64,000 nt of DNA from Chiloscyllium plagiosum (lineage: Eukaryota), in contig NC_057751.1 of NCBI RefSeq assembly GCF_004010195.1, positions 12,664,908 through 12,728,907 of the forward strand, written 5' to 3'. The translations under genes were made by a program, and so were the position numbers. Positions 51,020 through 63,654 of this stretch are shown one piece after another (position 1 is the stretch's first letter; every line of letters starts with the position of its first letter). The notes under the pieces are model-generated. The model saw nothing but the letters and a program-made list of their open reading frames with translations, was not told the DNA's origin and did no database searches.

Positions 51020-52200
51020 CAGAGGTTTATAAAATCATAAGGGGCATGGATAGGGTGAATAATCAAGGTTTATTTCCCAGGATAGAAGATTCCTGGACTG
51101 GGGTTAAAGTTAAGAATGGAAATAGTTAAAATAGTCCTAAAGGATATCTTTTTCATGTTGAGAGTGATGTGTATATGGAATGAACTGCCAGAGGAAGTAG
51201 TGAAGGTGGGTACAATTCCGTTTCAAAGGTATATGAACAGGGCAGGTACCAGAGGACTTAACAAGACTGAAAGTGTTTCCATTGTATCAGAATAGTGGCA
51301 GAGATAGATTAGGGAACTATAGAACTATCAGTCTAACATCAGTGGCAGAAATACTATTGAAAAGATAGTGAAGGAGAAAATTAATCTCCATTTCTGGAGG
51401 CAAAGTTTGAAGATGTCAAGTATAGCTTTGTCAAACGGAGGTCAGTTAAAACTAAGGGAATTTTTCAAGGAGGTTACCAAGTTTGATGAGGGTGAGGCAG
51501 ATGATATAGTTCATATTGATCTCAGCAAGGCCTTTAACAAGTTCTCACATGGGAAACTGATAAAGAAGGGAAACATTCATGGGATTATTTTGGGATGTTG
51601 ATTCCAAATTTGGCTTTGTGACAGGAGACAGAAGGTGGTGGCAGAAGGCTGTTTGTGTGACTGGGGCCCAGTGTGCAGTGGTGTAACACAGGGATCAGTG
51701 CTGGGTCCCTTGTTGTGATATTCATAAATGAAGTAGATGAGAATGTGGGTCGGGGGTAGGTTGATAAGTACGTTGTTAGCATAAAGATTGGCTGGATTGT
51801 TGGCAGTGAGGAGGAAAGCCTCGGGTATAGGAGGACATTAATAAATTGGTCGAGAGGCAGATCAGTGGCAGATGGAAGAGAAACTTGTTGCATAATCGTT
51901 CCTCAGACAAGGGCACGCACACAGCTGTTCTCTCGCGCAACTCGTATGATGGTCGTCTTTATCTACAAACGTAAAAGTATCAATGACATACAACATATAA
52001 ACATGACGTGAGCGTAGATAAATTTGCAAAAATATAAGAATCTTGGAATTTTTAACCACGCTGGAGTGACACAACACACAACACATTGGAGAAATGAAAT
52101 TAGGTAATTAGCAGATGAAATCTTTCATGGTCGAGTAGGAAATGATGTATTTTGCAAGAAAGAACGATAGGGAGGTAAACAAAAAGCGTTAGTAACTTTA
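51020..52200 (+). mobile_element. Two CR1 fragments (3' end 51020-51240; RT 51270-52200)
   Basis: EVYKII motif, then GNYR..SLTSV, IDLSKAFNK and QGSVLGP motifs. Confidence 0.85.
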
Positions 52201-52456
52201 GATTTCCTTAAGCATGGAAACAGGCCCTACGGCCCAACATGTCCACACCTATCGTCTGAAGGGTAACCCACCTAGATCCAAGATCCTGACTAACGCACCT
52301 AACACCACGGGCAACTCACCCGACCAGTACATCTTGGGATTGTGGGAGAGAACGGGAGCACCAGGAGGAAACCCACACAGGCAATCACCCAAGACAGGAA
52401 TTGAACCTGGGTCCCCGGTACAATGAGGGAGCAGCACTAACCACTGAGCCACCCCA
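52200..52456 (-). mobile_element. Internally deleted HE1-type SINE
   Basis: Head 'gtggctcagtggttagtgctgct' on minus and tail 'ggaaacaggccctacggcccaaca'. Confidence 0.85.
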
Positions 52457-52749
52457 AGGTCAATGGACACTTCACGACTGAGCATCCACAAAATAACTGG
52501 GACCACAAAACAACTGGGACCACAAAACACTTGTCAATCATAAGTGAGACATTAAATATACCTGACTCAAACCAGATAAATTCAACTCTCCACGTTTCTG
52601 AGCAGTCAGGAACTGTTTCAGAATTTGTCACTTCAGCAAATGTCTAGATCGAATGCATAGAGAATGTAGTTCTCAGCAACTGACCCAGCATCTCAGAAAA
52701 AAAAACACAATTGCTGACTTCTTTAAAGTCTTTGGAAATATATCACTGA

Positions 52750-54090
52750 AATCAGGCACACGACACAAAAACTGACCCAAAAGCCTTCAACACATGCTGC
52801 ACCTCAACCAACGATGCACCCAACATTTCAAAGAATTGCACAAGTCATGATGCCGGGCTCTGCAGGGACTGGGAGTCGATTTTAACATGTTCAGGTGACT
52901 CACAGCCATTTTCAATACTAATCGATCTCTTGCTATTAAACATCGCTGAGCCTGTTTATCACAAATATGTCTGGGGAGTCATTCTCTCCAAAGTCTCGCT
53001 AAGTGATACACCCAATTTTTTGGCAATTTTGCCAAGAAGGTGCTATCATATTTCTGCTCCACACTGGGCATATATTTATCCTGGCTTTCTCAATCTCCAC
53101 TGGGGCTTGTGCTATAATGTGGTGAAATGATTTGGCAGCCGGATAAGAGACCCAACATAGATCAAAATGAGAGCAGATGCCTCGGTCTGTTTTTTTCCTT
53201 CTTGCGCGCTTGGGAAAGTTTAAACAGCACTCTGGCACCTTGCTTCCCGATTCGTAATGCAGGCGTCGCTCTGTCTTGTGTTTTAAATGATACTACAAGA
53301 TTGTCCAGATAGATTTCCCCACGAATTTGACCTGCACATGTCCTAATATCCAACGCTGTCGCAGGATACCAATATGGCAATGGAACAGCGAATGACATGC
53401 GAAGACAGAAAGCAGCACAGCCTGCAGGTGTTTCCTGTCTGTTCACCAGAACAGCAAAACACACAGGCAGTGTTGTCAGGCTGAGCAAGGACTGAGAGGA
53501 ACGTCTGAACACGTTCAGGTGTCTTAAAGTCATCTTCAATACATATTGATCATCTGCTGTAAAACACTGTTGTTCTTGAACATCACAAACGTGCCTGGGG
53601 CCTCAATGTTTCTCCTGGAGTCTTGCTGAGCGATGGCAATGCATTTGCTCGTTTTTTGTCGATTTGCACCAAGCAGGTGTAATCCCTGTTCTGCATGATT
53701 TAGTCCAATATTTATCAGGATATGGGCATACACTGGGCAGAGGGAGCAAAGTACTTCGGAAATAATGGATTTGCTAATCGTGATCATGGTAATCAGGAAG
53801 AAAGTGAAGTTTAGCTGAAGCATGTGACCAACAGTGGTCAAGGCAAGCCTGAATTCAAAGGAGCTGGGCAGGGAGAGGTGTATTGCCATTGGCTGGAATC
53901 ACGCCTGGCACAAAGGAGGAATGTTTTGGATTTTGAATGTGTATTGTCTCAGCTGCAACATATCGCGACAGGATTTCCCAAGGAAAGTTATGCAAGGCCA
54001 ATTTTCTTTCGCTGCTTCCTCGAATACCTTCCCTCCATTCTGGTGATCACTGATGTTGACATTGTGCTCATTCACTTTTGAAAATTGCTG
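52750..54090. other. Ancient ~625-bp internal duplication, possibly a decayed multi-domain coding exon
   Basis: 52840-53110 aligns with 53465-53745 at offsets of 624-633 bp. The product was not recognised. Confidence 0.55.
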
Positions 54091-54314
54091 ACAATAATAA
54101 GATAAGAGATAAAAGAGCTAAGACAGCCAGACCTGAAATGCATTCAGGTGGTAACCACCGAGTGAAAAGTAATACTTGCACGGTGCAAGTGCCACATAAT
54201 CACCATTTGTAAGAAAATAAAATTGAACTATCAGCCTTTAACATTCAATCACATCCCCACTGGACGTCACAGTCAACATCCTACTCATAAAGCAAACGAA
54301 ACAGACCACATTTT

Positions 54315-54672
54315 CATCTTTCCATCGGTACGTGGGCTTCACTGGCTTGATCAGCGTTTATTATCCATCTCTAATTGCCAAAGGCAATTTCAGAATCAAC
54401 AGTATTGCTTTGGGTCTGGAATCACATGTCGATCAGTCCAGCAAAGGGTGGCAGATTTCCTTCCCTCAACGACATGACTGGAACAGATGGACATTTGCAA
54501 CAAACAGCAGGAGTCACTTTAGACAAGCTTTTACAACACAAAATCCAGATTTTTATTGAACTTTATCTGCTTTATTTGCATCTGCTGAAGTATGACTCAA
54601 CCCACGTTCCCGAAACTTACGTTTGGCATTCTGAATGATCAGTCCAGTGACATTACCTCTGCAGCACCACCC
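54315..54672 (-). mobile_element. tRNA-derived SINE with a tail related to the 30405-31045 LINE
   Basis: Minus-strand head 'ggtggtgctgcagaggtaatgtcactggact'. The body on + is 'gggtctggaatcacatgt...ggcagatttccttccct'. Confidence 0.7.
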
Positions 54673-56007
54673 CCACTATTATTTTGTGGTTAGTAAATCA
54701 TAATCACTTTATTCGAATTTATACTCCTTGCCAAATGGAGTAAATTAAGGATGCCCGAGCAGAATGATCAATTCTCTATGTGTGGAGCTTTGTCAAGTCT
54801 CGGTGCACTGACTTCTATGTAAATGGACCCAATCCATTGATTTGCATCCTATCCACAATCTCAAATGTGCAGAACTTGGCGACAGTTTGTACCATAAACA
54901 GGATACAATGCGCCAACTCACTCATGATTCTGTGAAACAGAACTTTGTAAACAGGCAAGCTCTATCATTTAACTGATCAAAGATAGCAGACACACGATGA
55001 AACCACCACCTCCAAGATTCTCCTCCATTCACATGCCTGCATTTGCTAGCCTGGAAATACATGCTAAGCTGGAAATGTATGACTGTTTCTTTATTATCGC
55101 AGGACCAAAATATAAGACATCTCTAACTGACAGCACCATGAGAATATCTTTACCACATGAACTTCAGCATTTTAAAATTATGTCTAATTGCTACTTTCTC
55201 AAAACAATGAGGCATAGGCAACAAATAATGGTCTTTCCAGTGACACCTTCAGCCAGTGAAACAAAAACAGAAAGAAAATCACATGGACAGTAATGCTGGC
55301 CCTGTTCGTTCACAATACGCCTGGTGATTTTAACCAGCGGAAAAAGTCAAAGCAGCATTAGCTCCAACAGAAAACGCGACAAAAATAATGGAGACTTGCA
55401 AACTTGTAAACGTCATTGAGGACAAAAAATCCTCCCGGAGGATCTCTTAAAATAGATTTTAAAATCAAGGGGGATCTTACATGTATATTATCGAATTGAC
55501 ATTGGTTCCTTGAATCTCAGAGTAGAATGAATGTTCTTTAGTTAGTGAAAAGATCTTCAGGAGACCCATGTGGAAGTATTGGCACTTTCAGGACTGACTG
55601 AATTCTGGCAGATGCATGGTAGCAATTGCAAATCTGATAAAGCTCCAACTTATGAGAGAGTGTGAAACTGTTGCAATGATAGTTTGCTGTCAACACCCCT
55701 TGTCTCCTACTCAGTGAATTGTGATGCTGTTTGGCAGCTGCAAAGGGGTGTGAGCTGATCAGATTGGTACAAAACCGGATACACCTGCAGAAACCAAGCA
55801 AGCTGGTGCAGAGTTTATGGAAACCTTTGATGAACTTAGATCCCATCTCAAATTGACATATACAGAGTTAGCCACTGATATCGTTCCCTCATGCATTTTC
55901 TTGCGATCGAATCAGAGCGAGTTAACCATTTAAATCACACTCCCTACTCAACCTGGCTTTTATTTACACACGAGGGCATTGCGGTTGCATTAGCCAAAAG
56001 AATGCGA

Positions 56008-56283
56008 GCGGCTTAGTCGCTGACTTCTGAGCACTACTGCCTCACAGTGCAAAAGATTGTTGACTGTGAGGAGTTTGCACATGCTTCCTGTGTCTGCGTG
56101 AGTTTCCTCAGGGTTCCCTGGTTTCCTTCCACAGTCCAATGATGTGCAGGTTAGATGGATTATCCATGAGAAATGCAGTGAAAAAGGGATAGGGTAGGGC
56201 ATGTTACTGGGCGGGATGCTCTTCGGAGGATCGGTGTGACGCGATGGGCTAAATGGCCTGCTTCCACACTAGAGGCATTCAGA
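56008..56283 (+). mobile_element. HE1-type V-SINE (diverged)
   Basis: 'agcactactgcctcacagtgc...gagtttgcacatgcttcctgtgtctgcgtg...ggcctgcttccacact'. Confidence 0.88.
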
Positions 56284-56509
56284 ACTCAGATGCAGAAAGC
56301 AGAATCTTTCACTTTACTCACAGGGAGAATTGATTTATTGTTTTACTCTCCGAGTTATTCGTTCTGATTTGCTGTCGTTTTCTGTTAACCATTTAGGAAA
56401 ATCAACAAGATTTGTGGACTTTTGACTTTCGATTCATTGCTCGAAGGGATAAACATTTGTAAACACAGTCTGCATGTTACGTCTCCTGCTACACCTCACC
56501 CCAACGCAA

Positions 56510-56620
56510 GCGTGTCTTGTGGTGCAGTGTCTGTGTCCTTCAAAGGCCAGGACACCGGGTTCAATTCCCAATTGCCCCCAGACATGTGGTATAGCGCTCA
56601 AGAACTGGTTGACAAAATAT
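56510..56620 (+). mobile_element. Short tRNA-derived SINE
   Basis: A-box-like TGGTGCAGTG and B-box GGTTCAATTCC. The 3' part resembles 3810-3840, and no cloverleaf is evident. Confidence 0.55.
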
Positions 56621-57779
56621 GTGAAGATTCCCGCAAGGCCACGTGCTTCCTGTTAGTTCCACACAAAAGCAAAAGAGATAAGAGTTTCATGAAACTCTGA
56701 GGGTTGCTTTCAATGCATTCAAGTTTCGGTTGATTCCAACTGATCCTATGTTTATTTTGGAAAAAAAAACCGTGCTCCTGGATGTTTAGTGGGAACACAA
56801 CTTGTCTCATCAATGGCAAAAACGGAGGCTCTGATGATTGTAACTGTTTCTTTCTTCCCCGGAGCCTCCTTGAGTGTTCCTGTTTCTTCAAGTACTTAGC
56901 AAGTTGCACTTTAAAACTACACAGTGTGTTGTGTAGTTCTGCAGCATTTTTTGAGAGATATGATTCGGACACACTCCGGCTTTCCCGCGGAAGTGACTGC
57001 CCTCGACGTCCAATGGCGTTTGGCTAAATCTGCCATTAGGGAAACCATTTTTCAGCTCTCCACATGCAGACTTTACAACAAGTAGGTTGGGAAGGACTGC
57101 AATCAAACTCAGTGGGAAGGGTGTGTGTGAGGGGAAGGAGGGACAGTTTTGCTTGCCATTTGATTTTGATTACCACTTTTAGGTGACAAATATGCCATAT
57201 TTCCATCCTTTCCTGGCCAATCTTTCATCACCACTACAGTTAAAACCACTCGCTGGCAGTTACAGATAAAACCACTCGCTGGCAGCACCAGTTTCATTGC
57301 AGTCACAAATATTAATCTGCACCTTTAAATTTCCAAACAGATGGAATTCTATCCACTGACGAGTAATCACGGAGAGTTCAGATTAACGGGTTACATATAA
57401 CTGCAGTATGATGTATCTGAAATCGATCGCCACTACAAATGCACACTGACCTGTACACATTTGGTCACCCTCTCAGCTAAAATCCGGCAGGTGACTGACT
57501 TGGAAAGAAATTGTCTTGGAGTGATCGTTACCTTCCATTCTGCTGTCTGTATCGGAGAGCCACTTTCAAGCGGATGAACCATTCGTTCATGTGCGGTGTT
57601 TGGTAGAGACAGGAAGTAGGATTCAAACTATGTGACCCTCGGTGCTTTACCATCCAATTCTGTTCTGTCTATTCTGTTTCCATTCCCCGATCATTTGTCC
57701 ATCAGAAAGTGAGTGCGTTCACTTTCATCAGTTGCAATTCAAGCGATCATATCAAAATGAAGGACGTCATTTTGAGTAA

Positions 57780-58330
57780 GGCCAGAGGTAGAATATTGTG
57801 TACAGTCTGGAATCCACAGTGCGGAAGGGATATGATTGCATTAGGGAGTGTGTAGAGGAGATTTACCAGGGCGTAGCCTGGGCTGAGAGTTCCGTTCTAA
57901 AGCGAGACTGGACAAATTGGAGTTATTTACCTTGGACTGGAACAGACTGACGGGAGTCTTGAATGGGATGGAAAAAAACTAAGAGGTCATAGACAGAGTA
58001 GACAGTGTGGAATCTATCCCCTTGATGGAAAGATCAAAGGTCAGGGAATATAGATTTAAGGTAAGGAGCAGGAGATTGGGAGGGAATCTGAATATTTTGT
58101 TCATTCATGCAGGGGATGGGGAATCTAGAACCTATTGCCTAAAGGTGTGGAAGGGGCTGAAACTCTCAGAAAATTGAAGAAGTATTTTGATGTGCACTTG
58201 CGATCCCCAAGCATGCAAGGCTATGTTCCCGGTGCTGGGAATGCGGCAACGATGGTTGGGCAATTGTTTATGAGCGGCCCAAACCCGATTGGTTGAAGGG
58301 CCTTTTTCAGTGCTGTTGGGCTCCATGAAT
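57780..58330 (+). mobile_element. Decayed CR1 3' fragment
   Basis: 'aatattgtgtacagtctgg', 'aggagatttaccagg' and tail 'gaagggcctttttcagtgctgt'. Confidence 0.8.
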
Positions 58331-61300
58331 CCAAAGTTAGGTCTACAAATAGGGCAGACGTAGTTGGAGATGTGACTGGATTCCCAAGACATTGCGATGT
58401 TGTGAAAGCAAAAGCATCACCAGAAAAGAAGAAGAGACTTCATTAAAAAGGGGCATCCGCCATTGGATTGACGCTGAATGTAACTCGTTCTGTGAGGGAC
58501 GGTTAAATAAATCTCCCCAAGTTGGATAAGCGATACCCAGCAACAGAGAGAACAAACAAAATGTCAGAAAGAACGATGGCCATAAAAGCGGTAATTAAGC
58601 AGCTTTAAAAAGAAAGTCGAATTATCATTTTAAATAATAACTGACTGAAAGAAATACCTAATACGTTTTGATGACTCAGATGAGGAAGTTGCATTTGGCA
58701 TTCTGCTGAAGTCGATAAAAGTGACTTCTATTTGATACGGTGTTACCAGGCCAAGGGACAGGCCAGGTTGAGGGAGCAATGGAAAAAGGGTATGAGTTTC
58801 TTGGTTTATAAATGCCGGTGTTTCTCACAAATATAAGTAAAACGAACTGAACTTTTCAAATCAAGGGCTGGCTCAGCTGGAGCTTTATAATTGGATAATT
58901 TTGGGAACTGCATTGTCGGAAGGTGTCAGACCTTTGGAGAGGGTACAAAGGAGGTTTAGCCAGAAGATATATTGGATAAAGAATTACAGTTTTGCTGAGA
59001 GATGGAAGGTGCTCGCATTGCTCCATTTAGATAAAAATGATGGAATCAAATTATTGATGTAATTGCAGGGTGATGGAGAAAAGCTGACTGTATGAGAACA
59101 ACACTTTCAACTGGGCCAGGCCGAACAGTTTATTTCCATCCGTGTGAGTCAGGATTCCTGACTGGTGACTGACTTCCACACAAACGGCTCACACCACTGA
59201 CCTCTCATTGGTATTTAGAACGGCGCTTCATTGCATCAAGTCATGCCTACATGACATCCCATTGGTGCGATTCACCACCAAATGCAATTCATGATTCACA
59301 CACGTCAGAATCTATTGGTTGTTTGGAAGGGAGCAGTACTTTCTCTGAAAACTTGTCAAAGAACCAACTTCCACAACAGTCGGAGTGTCAGGAGGTGGTG
59401 AAAGAACTGCTCTTATTTGCAATCGGCTATTTTCAAAGTGAATCTCTGGGTGCTGTTGCCCGAAAGATGTTGCTGTCTTTTCTGTCCCTGATTCTGCTGC
59501 AGCTTTTGAACTGTAAGTTTTGGATTGCTTGCTACATTCTGTTATCCGCTGGTCATTGCTGAAATGCACGCGTCATTGACATAATTACCTATCTTTCCCA
59601 GAGAACGCATTGATCTGACGCAAAATACATGACACTTTCATATATTTGAATTCTGTTATGCCGATTTTAATCAGGTAGCTCGAGTTCACTGTCTTTAGCG
59701 GCTGCTTGCATTTATGAAGGGTGCGAACTGAAGACGCACATCTCCTCGAATTATGTAAACCGAGTCTGTTAAAACGGTGTCGGTCGCTGAGTGCATACGG
59801 CGTGCAGCTTTCAGGAGTAGAGTCGCAGAAAATGGATCAATTGTTTTCAAATGCCGACCAGATATCCTAAATTAATCTAGTCCCATTTGCGGGCATCTAG
59901 CCCATATCCCTCCACATTTTACCGTCCACATACCGATCCAGATGCCTTTTAAATGTTGTCATTGTCGCAGCCTCCATCGCTTTCACTCAAGTACTGTAAT
60001 TGCAGGAGGTCTGAAAATCAAACACGGAGCGCTGTAGAAACTCAGCAGGTCGGGCAATATTTCGAGATAGAGAAGCAGTTAATTTTTTGTCGAATCCGAC
60101 AGCACTCTACTTTTCATTGGCACAAATTGTGTTGAGCTTTTTATTTGGTAGTGGCCCACCACCCTTGTAACCATTTTGGACAGTATTTACGGAATCAGGA
60201 GGTGTGATATTTGCCACATAAATGCTCACCTCTGAACTGCTCCCCTTGTTGCGGCATTGATCTGGCTTGTCCGTTCCATGGTCACCCGCGGGATGTTAGT
60301 AGCTTTCATGCCCTTATACAGTACCGTGCTTCGTGTGAAGTTTTCTCAATATCATTTCAGATTTTGCACACACTTACACAAAGACAGGATATTCAATGAG
60401 TGTGGAGCCTTGTTCCTCATTATAATTCTGCCTGCTGGATATATGCGTGCTGAAGTGCTCGTTCAATGCCTCCATTGAGTGACAAATTATTTCTCAAGTT
60501 TTCTTTTCACATTGATTAATCCCCATCAAGTAAAATAGACAGATTTTCAGACGGGAGAAGCTTCCCTCACTGCGTTTATGTAGTGAGTGAATTATACCTC
60601 CGGAATACAACAGAATAGAACATGAGAATCCGATTCTTATAGTTTACTGTCACCGTACAGTGTAACACTGTACTCCTCGCTCAGAAAGTCCCGGTGAGTT
60701 CAGGCGGCGTTGTGTGCAGCTTTGACTCGAATCAATGAGTTAATGTTCACCCTGCTTCGGTTCCGTTGATTTCCACAGACACAACACTCTGTGTTAAGCA
60801 GACTGGCTTTGTATTATCTCCGCATCGTTCCTGATCCTGTCTGCTTTTTTCTGTCTGTACGAGAGCCGCGGTGAACAAAATAAACTACCGCGGCTTATAT
60901 GTTCAGATTTGGTGAACATCTAAGTTCGCTCCTGCGAAATTAGAATACAGTGAGTGAGCTATTGTATCTAACTACTTGCTCGCACCAGCAACAATCATTA
61001 TCTGATTAATGTCGAGAAAAATTAACTACAGACAACTGAAGAAATGCTTTGAACATGAATTTTCAAAACTGCAGAAACGATCAACCTTTTCCGAAGCAAC
61101 GATTAACGCATTTGTTAGGTATCCTCCCTTTCTGTCAGCTCGTTTTGATCAGGGAGAGAAGAAAGCGGTGGGATTGAGGGAATGAAATGGAACTCGCGGT
61201 TTTCATTTCACTCAGGAACTTGTTTTCAACTAATCGTGTAGTGACCAAAATCACTTCATAGGAAATTCCATACTTAATTCATATGTCAGTTCCCATAAAC

Positions 61301-61785
61301 TGAAATTTGAAGCAATCTGGTTTTTTTAAATTGGTCAATCAATAATGTTGTACACGGTTCATGTTAATGCCTTTAAAGTGGTCTATTTGAATAAAAAAAG
61401 ACAAAGTTTAAATTTCTCCATTGTTGTCACCAAGGGTAAATGGCACATTGATTGAACCTTGTATCTCGATCTTAATTTCATTGACACTGATAGACTTTTA
61501 AATATTGGCATCAAATTTATAATGAGCATAGCATTTCCTTATACTTTGTTTCATAAGTCCCTGGTGGAGACAGAGCAGACTGGGGACTAATATTTTTTCC
61601 CGCGGGTTACATCAGGCCACTTGGAGTCGAGTGACCAATGCGAGCAATTGGACTTTACGACAGTTAAATTAAATAGCTGCGCCAGCTATCATGCCATTTC
61701 CTAACACAAGTCTGTCCCTGCAGTCTCTCCGCGGGAAATACCGCGTGATACAAATAAACCAATTTAATTAATATAAATTAATTCA

Positions 61786-62758
61786 GTCACTAGTGGTGTA
61801 TGGCAAGGATTTGTTTATCATTTTTATAAACTACCTGGATAAGGGCGTAGAAGGATGGGTTAGTAAATTTGCGGACGACACTAAGGTCAGTGGAGTTGTC
61901 GATAGTGCCGAAGGATGTTGTAGGTTACAGAGGGACCTAGATAAGCTGCAGAGCTGGGCATGGAGGAGGCAAATGGAGTTTAATGCAGAAAAGTGTGAGG
62001 TGATTCACTTTGGAAGGAGGAAGAGGAATGCAGAGTACTGAGCTAATGGTACGATTCTTGGTAGTGTAGATGAGCAGAGAGATCTCGGTGTCCATGTTCA
62101 TAGATCCCTCAAAGTTGCCACCCAGGTTAATAGGGTTGTTAAGAAGGCATACAGTGTGTTAGCTTTTATTAGGAGAGGGATCGAGTTTCCGGACCTTATG
62201 GTCACGCTGGAGCTGTACAAAACTCGGTGCCGCGGCACTGGGAATATTGTCTGCAGTTTTGGGCACCGCATTGTGCGAAGGAGGTGGAAGCTTTGTAAAG
62301 GGCTCAGAGGAGATTTACTAGGATGTTGCCTGGTATGGAGGCAAGGTCTTACGAGGAAAGGTTGAGGGAGTTGAGGCTGTTTTCATTAGAGAGAAGAAGG
62401 TTGAGAGGTGACTTAATTGAGACATATAAGATAATCAGAGGGTTAGATCGGACGGAGAGTGAGAGCCTTTTTCTTCGGATGGCGATGGTTAGCACGAGGG
62501 GGCATAGCTTCAAATTGAGTTGTGGTAGATATGGGACAGATTTCAGAGATAGTTTCTTTATTCAGAGATTGGTAGGGGTGTGGAACACACTGCTCGCAAC
62601 AGTTGTAGAATCACCAACTTTACGGGCATTTAAATGGTCATGGCACAGGTATATGGACGAGAATGGAATAGTGTAGGTTAGATGGGCCTCAGATTAGTTT
62701 CACAGGGATGCACAACATCGAGGGGCGAAGGGCCAGTACTGCGCTGTAATGTTCTATG
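61786..62758 (+). mobile_element. CR1 LINE 3' part (RT to tail)
   Basis: SKFADDTKV, QMEFNAEKCEVIHFG and RRRLRGDLIETYKII motifs, with a tail ending 'atgttctatg'. Confidence 0.95.
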
Positions 62759-63654
62759 GAAATAAAATGTTTGAAATTAGCAATGAATATTTTCGAATAT
62801 TGTAATCACGAGGGAAAGCGCAACCTTGCCTCAGTGGTGGGACGCATTCAGTGTTCTTATCAATTGTGTCCTCTAAATTCTTACACACAAACCCATAGAA
62901 GAGTCATGCTGAACTCGAATCATTAACGCTGTTTTGCTTTGCATAGATGCTGCCAGACCTACTGCGTGTTTTTTTTTCCAGCTTTCCAACATCGGCAATG
63001 CTTTATATTCGCTTTCTCCAAAACCTTGCCAAGTTTCTCACGTGGATTTGCTGCATGAGCAGTTTTTGTTTGGCTTATGAAAATCTTCAAAAAGTCTGAT
63101 ACTGTTTCACTGAACACAACGGCTTATTTAATATATTCACTTGCATGATGGTTTAAGATGAACATCTTTGAATTGATTTTTCTGTGTCTTTGCACAAAAC
63201 CCGTGTTAAATATCGGGCATATGGACAGCGGTACACAAAGTAATCACTTCAAATAATGACCAAGATAGTAATGCGAGTGGTATGAAACTGGAAAGCTGAC
63301 AAGGTTTGCAGGGGAATGGGAAGGCGGAGAAAAAGAGACAACTGAGCATTTGTTTTCTCCCTGAAACAATGAAGAGAATGTCTCGGGAAAAGCGAGTCTC
63401 AGCTGTGCGCTTAAGCTGTGCATTTTTAGAGACTTGCTTTGGGAAAAAAGTTGTAAAGTTGAGAGATGAGATGATAGTAGCATTGTGGGAAAACCATTAA
63501 CAGTTAAATGGATGAGTGAGGACAGTGAGGACAGGTTACATGAGAATCTACAGCAGGTACATAATGATCCAGCCCCCGATGAGTGGCGGTGACCCCATTC
63601 GCCAGACGGTTGGCTTTGTTTGGTTTGCCAAAGTCAGAAATGAAATGAAAGCCC

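Noticed and set aside
57241..57286. 19-bp direct repeat TAAAACCACTCGCTGGCAG
   Set aside because: It is a small slippage duplication inside decayed repeat sequence with no further structure.
60300..60450. Possible exon 1 of the putative GPCR pseudogene
   Set aside because: The similarity is only vague and there is no GT donor at the expected position.
61690..61760. ATGCCA...AAGTCTGTCCCTGCA as a histone H2B start
   Set aside because: It needs a frameshift, and there is no histone-fold sequence or 3' stem-loop.
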